From: Elusimicrobiota bacterium
Lineage (GTDB): Bacteria; Elusimicrobiota; Elusimicrobia; UBA1565
Assembly (NCBI GenBank): GCA_043827405.1
Contig: JBDRPD010000108.1
Location: 57,617-121,616, forward strand
Direction of reading: 5' to 3'
Length of the DNA: 64,000 bases
Position numbers and translations under genes: made by a program. Numbering within the stretch: the stretch's first letter is position 1; every line of letters starts with the position of its first letter. Below are positions 18,576 to 27,200 of this stretch, piece after piece. Below the pieces are notes generated by a model. The model was given only the letters and a program-made list of their open reading frames with translations. It had not been told where the DNA came from and did not search any database.

Positions 18576-19198
18576 TGCCGCCCGAACGCCTGCGCGACAT
18601 CGTCCCGGAATACCACAGCGGCAATCCGCTGGTGCGTTGGGTTTTCCGTCGGCGCGTCGACCTGGCGCTCGAACTGGCGCGGCTCGACGGCGCGGACTCC
18701 ATGGACATCCTGGACCTGGGCTGCGGCGAGGGCGTGCTGCTGCGCGCCATCGGCGAACGCTTTCCCGCACACCGGATGACGGGCGCGGATTTCCACCCGG
18801 ACGTCGAGCGGCTCGAGCTGCCGCAGGTGCGCGCCCTGCGCGTGGACTTTATGCGGGAGAACCCATTTCCGGAAGCGGCCTTTGACCGCGTCTTCTGCAT
18901 GGACGTGCTCGAGCATGTCGAAGACCTGAGCCGGCCGTTGGCGCTCATCCGCCGCGCCCTCAAGCCGGGCGGCCGCTTCGTCATATCGGCCCCGACCGAG
19001 AACTTCGCGCATCAGTTCAGCCGCTTCCTAATAAAAGGGACGTTCTCCGAGAAGGCGGGGCCGGCGGCGAGCCCGCACTACCATAAGGCGGATACGCTGT
19101 GCGCGGCGATCAACAAACATAACTTTATGCTGGAAGAAGTCCGCTCCATTCCCCTCCCGGGGCCGCTGGCGCTCAACCAGGTCTGCAGTTTTATCTAA
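18575..19198 (+). CDS. Class I SAM-dependent methyltransferase
   Basis: ILDLGCGEG, FDRVFCMDVLEHV, LKPGG; TGATG overlap. Confidence 0.85.
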   Translation: MPPERLRDIVPEYHSGNPLVRWVFRRRVDLALELARLDGADSMDILDLGCGEGVLLRAIGERFPAHRMTGADFHPDVERLELPQVRALRVDFMRENPFPEAAFDRVFCMDVLEHVEDLSRPLALIRRALKPGGRFVISAPTENFAHQFSRFLIKGTFSEKAGPAASPHYHKADTLCAAINKHNFMLEEVRSIPLPGPLALNQVCSFI

Positions 19199-19229
19199 GT
19201 ATTATCTACAGATACGCTGGTTCCAGGTC

Positions 19230-19258
19230 TTGATTTAGCAACATTCCCGCCCTATATT
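19230..19258 (+). promoter_or_regulatory. Sigma70-like promoter for the Tad-domain gene
   Basis: TTGATT (19230-35)-N17-TATATT (19253-58), ATG at 19274. Confidence 0.5.
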
Positions 19259-19273
19259 AGGGTAAAAGACGTT

Positions 19274-20473
19274 ATGTCTCTAATTGTTCGACACCTCCTC
19301 GCGGCCGCGCGGCCGCTTAGGAATAGGCGGGGTCAGTTGGCCATTCCCTCCCTATTCATTCTTCCTGCTTTGTTCCTGTTTGTATTCCTGATCTTTGAGA
19401 CGGCGAAGATTTCCCGCGAGAAAATCCGCCACCAGTTCGCGGTCGACTCGGCGGCTTTCGTCGAGATGTCGATCTACTCGGACTTTTTGAACCGCACCGC
19501 CTACAACAACGGCGCCTTTCCCCAGCGCGTCTTCGACCTGAGCTTTCGCGGCATCTGCATGGAGACCAAGACCGATACCGCCGCGATCCCGAGCCCCTAC
19601 TGCGGTGCGAAGTCGGCCAACCTCTACGACATCTTGTACAAGAACGGCGCCTTCCCGTCGGACCCGGGCAAGACCAAGACCGAACAGTACGAATCGATCG
19701 ACGATGAGGGCGAATGGAATCTCCGCTTCGGCGAGAACCCGATGTTCCCCGAGAATCGCAACGACTCCTCACCGAGTCTTAATGACAAGCTCTACCTCAT
19801 CACGGAAGAAGATGCGCACAACTACTGGATCACCTGGGACGACGCCAAGGACATCTACAAGCTCTACGTCCAGCTCTACCAGCTGGTGGGGATCGTCGAG
19901 GACTCGCAGTTCTCGGTGTTCTGCCGCATGACCGGAGCGACCGGCTGCACAAGCTCCGACAACCGGCACAACTACTTCCGCAAGTCGTACTGGCTCAATA
20001 CCAATGCCGGCGTCGAAGACGCCTATGACGGCGCGCAGGTCTTTAACGACTACAGCTTTGAGCCCGAGCCGAACTGTCTCAAGGAAATTATGATCTTCGG
20101 CAATAAGGCGACGCCCAACGCCTTCCAGCCCTTCCAGGTCTACGAGCCGCCGAATGCCGTCCAGATGAAGGACACCATCACCGGCTGCAGCGGGCTGTTT
20201 CAGATGGAGACGATCGATGAGGGCCAACTCCTGGATCTGGCCACACCGCACGGGGACTCGCCGCATCCCGGAATCCCCATCACCCAGCACTGGGACCTGG
20301 AAGGCACCTTGCTGAAGAACTACTTTGAAGTGGATTTCCATCAGGCGGTGCGCTGCCAGGACGGCGGCGGACCCTGCGTGCACGCGACCGTCGGGATATC
20401 TCATCCGGCCGGTACCGGCAAAGGGGTATGGCCGAACTCTACGCCGAAATTTCAGACCAGGCTTTATCCGTAG
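19274..20473 (+). CDS. Tad/TadG-like pseudopilin with large Cys-containing extracellular domain
   Basis: Basic leader RNRRGQ, hydrophobic helix, then REKIRHQFAVDSAAF (Tad N-terminal motif). Confidence 0.7.
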   Translation: MSLIVRHLLAAARPLRNRRGQLAIPSLFILPALFLFVFLIFETAKISREKIRHQFAVDSAAFVEMSIYSDFLNRTAYNNGAFPQRVFDLSFRGICMETKTDTAAIPSPYCGAKSANLYDILYKNGAFPSDPGKTKTEQYESIDDEGEWNLRFGENPMFPENRNDSSPSLNDKLYLITEEDAHNYWITWDDAKDIYKLYVQLYQLVGIVEDSQFSVFCRMTGATGCTSSDNRHNYFRKSYWLNTNAGVEDAYDGAQVFNDYSFEPEPNCLKEIMIFGNKATPNAFQPFQVYEPPNAVQMKDTITGCSGLFQMETIDEGQLLDLATPHGDSPHPGIPITQHWDLEGTLLKNYFEVDFHQAVRCQDGGGPCVHATVGISHPAGTGKGVWPNSTPKFQTRLYP

Positions 20474-20480
20474 GGGCGCG

Positions 20481-21977
20481 CTACCACCATTTCGTCACGG
20501 CGCCAAGAGCGGCGATGCCTCCGGCGACTCCACCCACTACAGCGCCGACAATTGCGCCAGTCACGGCTCCCGGAGCCCCCCCGGTCACGCCGCCGATGGC
20601 CGCACCAACACCCGCGCCGGCGGCCCCCCCGGCGATGGCACCCGCGCCGACCTTCTTCGTCTTGCACCACCAATCGCACGCCTCCGGCTCTGGAGCAGCA
20701 GGCGCCTCCGGCTCAGCGAGCAACGCGGGCACTTGCGGCCCCTGCGGCTGCCGCTGAGTCTGCGGCTGGGTCTGCGGCTGGGGCTGGGTCTGGGGCTGGG
20801 TCTGCGGCTGAGTCTGCTGCGCCGCTGCCAGACGCGCCGCCGCCAACCGTGCCGCTTCCTCCGCCGCCAGCCGCGCCGCTTCCGCATCCGCCAGCCGCTC
20901 CGCATTCGCCAGCCGCGCCGCTTCCGCATCCGCCGCCGCCAACCGCGCCGCCTCCGCGGCCGCCTCGGCATCCGCGCGCGCGCGCGCGATCTCCGCCGCA
21001 GCGTCTTCTTTAATGAAATCTATTTCCTTATTCTTCTCCGCGAGCAGCCGGCCGGCCTCATCGTCAAAATCATCAATATCCTTCCAGCCGGCGAGCCCAT
21101 TGCCGCCGACCACTCCGGGCTGCATACTGCTGACCTTGCTCGGTTTGCCGTCAGCGCCGAACTTCATCATGCCCGCCGCCCCACCGCCGCCGGCCGCGCC
21201 GCCGGCCGACCCGCGCGCCAGCATATTGCTGCCGGTCAGCTGCCGGCCTGCCGCCGCGCCGCCCGCGCCCGCGGGACCCATACCGCCGCCGGACCCATCA
21301 TTCTTGGTGAACCCCGCGCGCCCGAAGCTGCCCGCGGACGCGTCACTTCCCGACTGTCCGGATAAAGAGCGAATTTTCTTAAACTTGCCCGCGGTACCGG
21401 ACCGAACACCTTTTCCGGAAAGAACTCCAGGTCCGTATTTTCCCCCGCCCGCAGCCGCGCCCCCGCCCATACCCGCCACCGCATTCTTATACTGCGCCGA
21501 AGAACCCCCGCCGCCGCCCGCCCCGGATGCGCCGAGGGCCGACCCCCCGCCGCCGGCATCGATGCCGCCCATCTTCGCGATCTTCATATCGCCCCGCCCG
21601 CCTCGGGCGCCGCCGCTTCCCGGCGGCAGGTCGGCTTTGGACATATCGAAGGGCATATCGTCGCCGGCGACCGCCAACTGGGTACGGTCTCCGCCGCTGC
21701 GCACTGCCGCACCGGCCGCAGAGCGTGCCGCGCCGGCATCGCTATCGCCGGAGAGCTTCTTGACGTAGGAACGCATGGAGAAGATGCCGCCGCCCGCGTC
21801 TTTCTTGACCTCGCGCTGTCCGCCGTTCCATTCTACGCCGCCCTTGGGTGCCGGCTCACGCGATACCAGTAAAGCACCAACAGTCAGCACGGCGACCGCG
21901 CCCAGGCCGATCAACGGGCCCTTATTACCGAACTTGTCCAGCAAGCCGCCTTTATTTTTCATTGGCATCAATTCCAT
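20481..21977 (-). CDS. N-terminally anchored surface protein: Gly-rich region, AEAARLA helical stalk, QTQP linker, C-terminal glycine zipper
   Basis: 498-aa ORF; TM LIGLGAVAVLTVGALLV; shares MRxYVxKL, DMPFDMSKA and IRS(F/L)SG motifs with the 847-aa protein. Confidence 0.8.
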   Translation of the reverse strand: MELMPMKNKGGLLDKFGNKGPLIGLGAVAVLTVGALLVSREPAPKGGVEWNGGQREVKKDAGGGIFSMRSYVKKLSGDSDAGAARSAAGAAVRSGGDRTQLAVAGDDMPFDMSKADLPPGSGGARGGRGDMKIAKMGGIDAGGGGSALGASGAGGGGGSSAQYKNAVAGMGGGAAAGGGKYGPGVLSGKGVRSGTAGKFKKIRSLSGQSGSDASAGSFGRAGFTKNDGSGGGMGPAGAGGAAAGRQLTGSNMLARGSAGGAAGGGGAAGMMKFGADGKPSKVSSMQPGVVGGNGLAGWKDIDDFDDEAGRLLAEKNKEIDFIKEDAAAEIARARADAEAAAEAARLAAADAEAARLANAERLADAEAARLAAEEAARLAAARLAAAQQTQPQTQPQTQPQPQTQPQTQRQPQGPQVPALLAEPEAPAAPEPEACDWWCKTKKVGAGAIAGGAAGAGVGAAIGGVTGGAPGAVTGAIVGAVVGGVAGGIAALGAVTKWW

Positions 21978-22045
21978 AAATCACCCCCGGCAAACGCGAA
22001 AACCGCGGCCGGCTGCATAAACCCGACAAACACCCACTCACCTTA

Positions 22046-22097
22046 AGGATAGCCGGATGAAAGCGGAAAACAATACCTATTTACCATAAATTTACCT
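22046..22097 (-). promoter_or_regulatory. Tandem GGTAAA direct repeat plus TATCCT -10 upstream of the 498-aa gene
   Basis: Minus strand AGGTAAAtttaTGGTAAA-N25-GGCTATCCT; matches 13639-13691. Confidence 0.6.
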
Positions 22098-22121
22098 AAA
22101 AAAATACTTAAAAAAACGGCA

Positions 22122-23648
22122 CTATTGCTGATTACAATAGGCGCTCATCTCGGTCTTCCAGTTAGCGCAGTCCGCCATGCTGGCATTCTTGTAGAGCGGG
22201 CAAATCTCCGCCATCGCCGTCGCCTGGGTATTGGTCTCCGAACACTTGCCGAAAGCAATTTCCACCAAGGAGTTGCATTCCCCTGTACATACCTGCCACT
22301 GGTTTAAATATTCTTTTGACCGCTCCATGTGCGGGTCGCACTTCTCCGCACAATCTTCCTCGCAGCCGTTCATGCAGTTATGGTAGTCATGCTCTTTTTT
22401 GATGCTGTTTATTAACAGCTCATGACATATGCGGGCCTTGGGATAAACGATGCTCTGGTTATGCCTCTTGGTTTCCAGCATCGCGTCACGCACTTTCTTT
22501 CCCTGGTCCTTCTCCGCCTCGGCGCAGTCGTCAACCGCTTCCTCATACTCCTTCGATTTCTTCCGCAGGGTGTCTATATCCCCCCCGCCCCCTATCCCGG
22601 CGACGCCGCCGCCTCCCAGCTGGGTGGCGGGCAACTTATTGCCGTCATAAACAATCCCGGCGGCATCTTTGGCCGTACCGGCGGGGCAGGCCCCCGAGCT
22701 GCAGCCCTCGGGCTGGTCGGAAGCGGCGACGCTGAAAGCATGCGCCATGGACAGCTGATAGACGGCGTCCTCGCCTACCAGTTCCGCTCCGCCCAAAGCG
22801 TTTAAATCCTGCTCGGTCCTGGCGCTAAGCAGCTGCTGGATGCGGCCGCCTTTCTGCAGGCCCTTGATGCTGCTGATGCTTTTTCTATCACGAATGATGT
22901 TCTCTTGAATACGCGACTCGGGACTGAGCGCTTTATGCAGATCCGCCCCCCCCGTAACCAGCTGCTCCGGACCGGGACCGGGGCCGGCGGCGACACCCTT
23001 GCCTATAGCGACGCCTTGACCGCCGCCGACGCCCCCGCCGGCGGCCACGCCCTGACCGGCAGCGACGCCCTCACCGCCGGCGACCCCTCGCCCCCCGGCC
23101 ACGCTTTGACCGGCGGCTACACCCTTACCGCCGGCAACCGGGGCGCCCATATCCATCGCGGCGCCGGCGGGAGACATGGAACGTTTCTTCTCGTCCGAGA
23201 CGACCATGGCATATGAGGCGCTGCGCAAACCTTTTGCCAGCGCCTCTTCGCTGATCGCCAAACCGCCGCCCTTGGGAGCGTCCCGCGGCCGCAGCACGCC
23301 CCGGACCGACTGCGGCATATTCCTGGCTACGCCGTCGAAAGTGAGCGCTTTGCCCTGGATCGCCTGCTGCCCGCGCACGATCTCCTCGATATCGTCTTCT
23401 TCGTCGTCGTAGCTCATCACCATGCGCGCCGACATGCTCCGGCGGTAGGCGCGGACATCCTGCGGCGCCTCGGTCTTGTCTCCGATCATGCTTGCGGACT
23501 TGTCGCCGCCGGAAGAACGCAGGAACAGCGATACGGTCAGCGGCGCCGCGACGATCAGAATGATGGAGGCGCTCTTGTTCTGCTGAAAAAATGCCAGCAG
23601 CGGCGCCAGAAGAGCCTTCTTTTTATTGCGTTCCAGAAACCCCGGCAT
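22122..23648 (-). CDS. N-terminally anchored surface protein with GVAxGx hexapeptide repeats and Cys-rich C-terminal tip
   Basis: Start ATG 23648 (MPGFLERNKKK) lies downstream of a consensus promoter; TM SIILIVAAPLTVSLFL; about 12 Cys in the last ~135 aa. Confidence 0.78.
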   Translation of the reverse strand: MPGFLERNKKKALLAPLLAFFQQNKSASIILIVAAPLTVSLFLRSSGGDKSASMIGDKTEAPQDVRAYRRSMSARMVMSYDDEEDDIEEIVRGQQAIQGKALTFDGVARNMPQSVRGVLRPRDAPKGGGLAISEEALAKGLRSASYAMVVSDEKKRSMSPAGAAMDMGAPVAGGKGVAAGQSVAGGRGVAGGEGVAAGQGVAAGGGVGGGQGVAIGKGVAAGPGPGPEQLVTGGADLHKALSPESRIQENIIRDRKSISSIKGLQKGGRIQQLLSARTEQDLNALGGAELVGEDAVYQLSMAHAFSVAASDQPEGCSSGACPAGTAKDAAGIVYDGNKLPATQLGGGGVAGIGGGGDIDTLRKKSKEYEEAVDDCAEAEKDQGKKVRDAMLETKRHNQSIVYPKARICHELLINSIKKEHDYHNCMNGCEEDCAEKCDPHMERSKEYLNQWQVCTGECNSLVEIAFGKCSETNTQATAMAEICPLYKNASMADCANWKTEMSAYCNQQ

Positions 23649-23670
23649 GAGAACCCACTCCGCTACTTTA

Positions 23671-23698
23671 AGTATACCGCCGGGTCCCGGCCTGTCAA
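23671..23698 (-). promoter_or_regulatory. Near-consensus sigma70 promoter
   Basis: TTGACA (23698-23693)-N16-TATACT (23676-23671). Confidence 0.7.
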
Positions 23699-23749
23699 TA
23701 CCGCGGCAAAGTCCTTGATTTCGCAATGTTTTTGAGCGACACTAAGACA

Positions 23750-25534
23750 ATGCTGAAAGCCCAGACGCCGCCGTCCTTGAAGCTGACCCCCAAGACCATC
23801 GCCCTGTTGGTTTTGGCCGGCATCATCCTCGGCGTGGCGACCGGACTGTGCATGAAGCTCCTGAAAAAAGGCCGCCCCGCCGCCGGCCGGATGGGTGCCG
23901 ACGAACGCGTAATCTGGCGCGATATCGACAGCCGCCACATGCGCTGGCGCAAGCTCGACGCACGCAAGCTGATCGTCAATAATGTCGGGCTCAAGCCGCT
24001 CAACCCGAACTACACCAAGAACGCGACCCTCGGCTACCTGCCGCTCAATCCTTCGCTGCGGGGCGCTACGGTCGGCCGATTAGCCGCTACCGAGATCCCA
24101 GACATGGGCCGCGAGCGCGCCAATGCCGAAAAGGAGCGCAAAAAGCGCAGCGACCGGCGCCGCCCCTCGCCCTCCCACCAACTGACGCCCAAGCCGCCCA
24201 AGACCGACGCCGCGACGAACTTCATCCCGCAGACGCAGGCGTTCACTTTGCCCGATCCCGCGGCGGACCTGGTAAGTCAGGCCGCGAACTCGCTGCGGCT
24301 CGGCGACATCGACGATGCGCTCGCCGCCGCCGACCGGGCGATCGCCGCCAATCCGGCCAGCGCCGCCGCCTTCACCGTCCGGGCGGACGCGCTGATCGCC
24401 CGCGAGCGCTACCTCGATGCGGCGAAAAGCGCCTGGAAGGCGACCCGCCTGGACCCCAAAGAGGCGAACGCCTACCGGGTCTTGGGGTTGGCGCAGATGC
24501 ACCTGGAAAAGCGAAAATCCGCGCTGGCCAACCTGAATTATTCCGTCAAGCTGAACCCGTACGATGCGAGAATTTTCGCGGCGCGGGCGACCCTGCACCA
24601 GCTGCTGGGAGACACCGCGGCCATGACGGCCGACCTGGAGCGGGCGGAAGAAATTAAAAAAGCGCTCACCGCGGAAGAGCCGTCCCCGGAGCCGCCGCTG
24701 AGCGCGGGGATACTGGCCGCCCTGGCGCTGGGCGCCGCGCTCCTCCTCGTCGGCGGAGTTTTCTTTCTCCTGCGTTCGCGTCCGGCGCCCCGCAAGATCT
24801 CGCTGGAAGCCATCGCCCCCGCCAAGCCCGCGGTCACCCCGCTGCCGGCCGCCGACGGCGCGCCCCTCCCGGGGAAGTACCAGCGCGTCCGCGCTCTAGG
24901 CGGGGGGCCCGGCGGTCCGCTATGGCTGGTGCGCCACCCGTCGTCGCCGCAGCAGCTTGTCGCCAAGCCGCTGCGCCCCGGCGCGGCGCTGAGCGAAGCG
25001 GAGAGACACGCGGCCCGCACGCGCCTGCAGGCGATCGGCGGCTTGGGAGACCCGCGCATCGTCCGGGTCCTGGACCTGCTGGAAGACGCGGCGCCGCCGC
25101 TGCTCGTGCAGGAATATGTGCTGGACAGCACGCTGCGGCAGGTGCTGGAAAGCGGCGGCGCGCTCGGCATCGCGCCGGCGCGGGCGATCCTGCTTCCCGT
25201 CTGTGAGGCCCTGACGAACTGCCACGGCAACGGCATCCTGCACCTGAACCTCAAGCCCGCCAATATCTTCGTCGGCCAGGACGGCGGCGCCCGCATCGCC
25301 GACTTTCGGCTGCTGGCGGCCGCCGGCGAGCACCTCGCCCCGGAGCTGGCCAAAGGACTGGCTTCGCCGCGCTCCGACATATACTCGCTGGGCGTCTGCC
25401 TGCGGGAAGCGGTGGGCGAAGGGCCGGGCAGAACGCCCGAAGCCGAGGCGCTGATCGCCAAAGCGACGAATGCGGAACCCCTGCTGCGCCACGCCACAGT
25501 CCTTGAGTTCCAGACCGACCTGCACGCCCTCTAG
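23750..25534 (+). CDS. TPR-TM-Ser/Thr kinase-like receptor (probable pseudokinase)
   Basis: N-terminal TM, TPRs, second TM, Hanks-type fold (LGGGPGG, LVAK, HLNLKPANI, IADF, LAPE, SDIYSLG). Confidence 0.8.
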   Translation: MLKAQTPPSLKLTPKTIALLVLAGIILGVATGLCMKLLKKGRPAAGRMGADERVIWRDIDSRHMRWRKLDARKLIVNNVGLKPLNPNYTKNATLGYLPLNPSLRGATVGRLAATEIPDMGRERANAEKERKKRSDRRRPSPSHQLTPKPPKTDAATNFIPQTQAFTLPDPAADLVSQAANSLRLGDIDDALAAADRAIAANPASAAAFTVRADALIARERYLDAAKSAWKATRLDPKEANAYRVLGLAQMHLEKRKSALANLNYSVKLNPYDARIFAARATLHQLLGDTAAMTADLERAEEIKKALTAEEPSPEPPLSAGILAALALGAALLLVGGVFFLLRSRPAPRKISLEAIAPAKPAVTPLPAADGAPLPGKYQRVRALGGGPGGPLWLVRHPSSPQQLVAKPLRPGAALSEAERHAARTRLQAIGGLGDPRIVRVLDLLEDAAPPLLVQEYVLDSTLRQVLESGGALGIAPARAILLPVCEALTNCHGNGILHLNLKPANIFVGQDGGARIADFRLLAAAGEHLAPELAKGLASPRSDIYSLGVCLREAVGEGPGRTPEAEALIAKATNAEPLLRHATVLEFQTDLHAL

Positions 25535-25570
25535 CCGAAAGCGGGGTCGAGTTTGCTACGATAACGCCGC

Positions 25571-27130
25571 ATGACAAAATCGAATGCGGACCGCGGCAAA
25601 ACGGCGCAGGAGCTGGAAATCCTGCTGCGCGCGCGCTGCACCCTCGTCGTCCTGGTGACCCATGAGGAACCCCGGGCGCTCGATATCGTCAAGGGCGTAT
25701 GCGTGCGGCGCGGGCGCCCCTGCTACAGCTGGGACATCGCCGACGGCTTCACGGCGCTGACTACGGAGAAAACTCCCATCCAGTCCGCGAACAAGGCGCT
25801 GACGGCGCTCGGCCGCATCCGTAAGGGGCCCGACAATGCCGTCTACGTGCTGACCGATTTTCACGCCCTGTGGTCCGACCAGCAGATCAAGCGCCGCCTG
25901 CGCTCCGTCACCCAGGAATTGACCTTCACCCGCAAGACCATTGTGGTCACGACGCCGTCTTCGGATATCCCCGAGGAGCTCAAGGACCGGGCGGTGATCC
26001 TGCACCTGCCCTTGCCCGACGAAGAGGATCTCGGCCGCGCCCTCGATGAGCTCCTGCAGAACCCGGATATCCAGATTAAGGTAGACCAGGATCAGCGCCG
26101 CCGGCTGCTCCAGGCCGCGCTCGGCCTGACCTATTCGCAGGCGCAGCGGGTCTTCGCCAAAGGGATCGTCGCCGACGGCAGCCTGCATGAGAGCGACATC
26201 GCGCTGGTGGTGCAGGAGAAGAAAGAGATCATCCGCGACAGCAAGGCGCTGGAGTTCTACTCCGTGCAGGAAACCCCCGCCAACGTGGGCGGCCTCGGCG
26301 TTCTCAAGGAGTGGTTCAAGCTGCGGGAGAAGGCCTTCAGCCCCGAAGCGAAAGAATACGGCCTGCCGATCCCCAAGGGCATCGCCCTTATCGGCATCCC
26401 GGGCACGGGCAAAACCCTGTCGGCCAAGATGATCGGCAATCTCTGGGGCCTGCCGCTGGTGCGCTTCGACGTGGGCGCCTTGTTCGGCAGCTTTGTAGGC
26501 GAGTCGGAAGAGCGCACCCGCAAAGCCCTGCGCCTGGCGGAAGCCGTGTCGCCCTGCATCCTGTGGATCGACGAGATGGAGAAGGCCTTGGCCCACGGCG
26601 GCAACGACAGCGGTACCAGCACCCGGGTCTTCGGCTCGATCCTCACCTGGATGGCGGAAAAGACCGCGCCCTGCTTTGTGGTCGCCACCGCCAACGACAT
26701 CTCGCGCCTGCCCCCGGAGCTGCTGCGGCGCGGACGCTTCGATGAAATATTCTTTCTCGACCTGCCGACGCCGGAAGAGCGCGCGGACATACTCGCCGTA
26801 CATATCCGCAAACGCGGACGCGAACCCGAAAAGTACGACCTCAAAACGCTCGCGGCGGCCTCTCCCGGCTATACCGGAGCGGAACTCGAGAACGCCATCA
26901 CCGATTCGATGTACGCCGCCTTCAGCGAACAGCGCGAATTCAGCACCGACGACATCCTCGCCGCCCTCAAGCGGCTGGTGCCGCTGTCGGTCTCCCAGCG
27001 CGAACGGGTAGCCTACCTGCGCAACTGGCTCATGGAAGGCCGGGCCCAAAGCGCCTCCTTCCCCGCCGCCGCCGACGCCAAAAAAGCCTTCGTCGAACCG
27101 CCCCCGGTCGATAGTCCCAGCGCCCGGTAG
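25571..27130 (+). CDS. AAA+ ATPase, Ycf46/SpoVK-like
   Basis: Walker A GIPGTGKT, Walker [30 protein letters not shown]; degenerate N-terminal AAA domain (THEEPR). Confidence 0.9.
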   Translation: MTKSNADRGKTAQELEILLRARCTLVVLVTHEEPRALDIVKGVCVRRGRPCYSWDIADGFTALTTEKTPIQSANKALTALGRIRKGPDNAVYVLTDFHALWSDQQIKRRLRSVTQELTFTRKTIVVTTPSSDIPEELKDRAVILHLPLPDEEDLGRALDELLQNPDIQIKVDQDQRRRLLQAALGLTYSQAQRVFAKGIVADGSLHESDIALVVQEKKEIIRDSKALEFYSVQETPANVGGLGVLKEWFKLREKAFSPEAKEYGLPIPKGIALIGIPGTGKTLSAKMIGNLWGLPLVRFDVGALFGSFVGESEERTRKALRLAEAVSPCILWIDEMEKALAHGGNDSGTSTRVFGSILTWMAEKTAPCFVVATANDISRLPPELLRRGRFDEIFFLDLPTPEERADILAVHIRKRGREPEKYDLKTLAAASPGYTGAELENAITDSMYAAFSEQREFSTDDILAALKRLVPLSVSQRERVAYLRNWLMEGRAQSASFPAAADAKKAFVEPPPVDSPSAR

Positions 27131-27200
27131 GGCCTCTACCCGACGAGCCTTAGGCCTTTAGCTTCCTCCCTTTTCCCCGTCCGCTTGGTAGCATGAGGCG

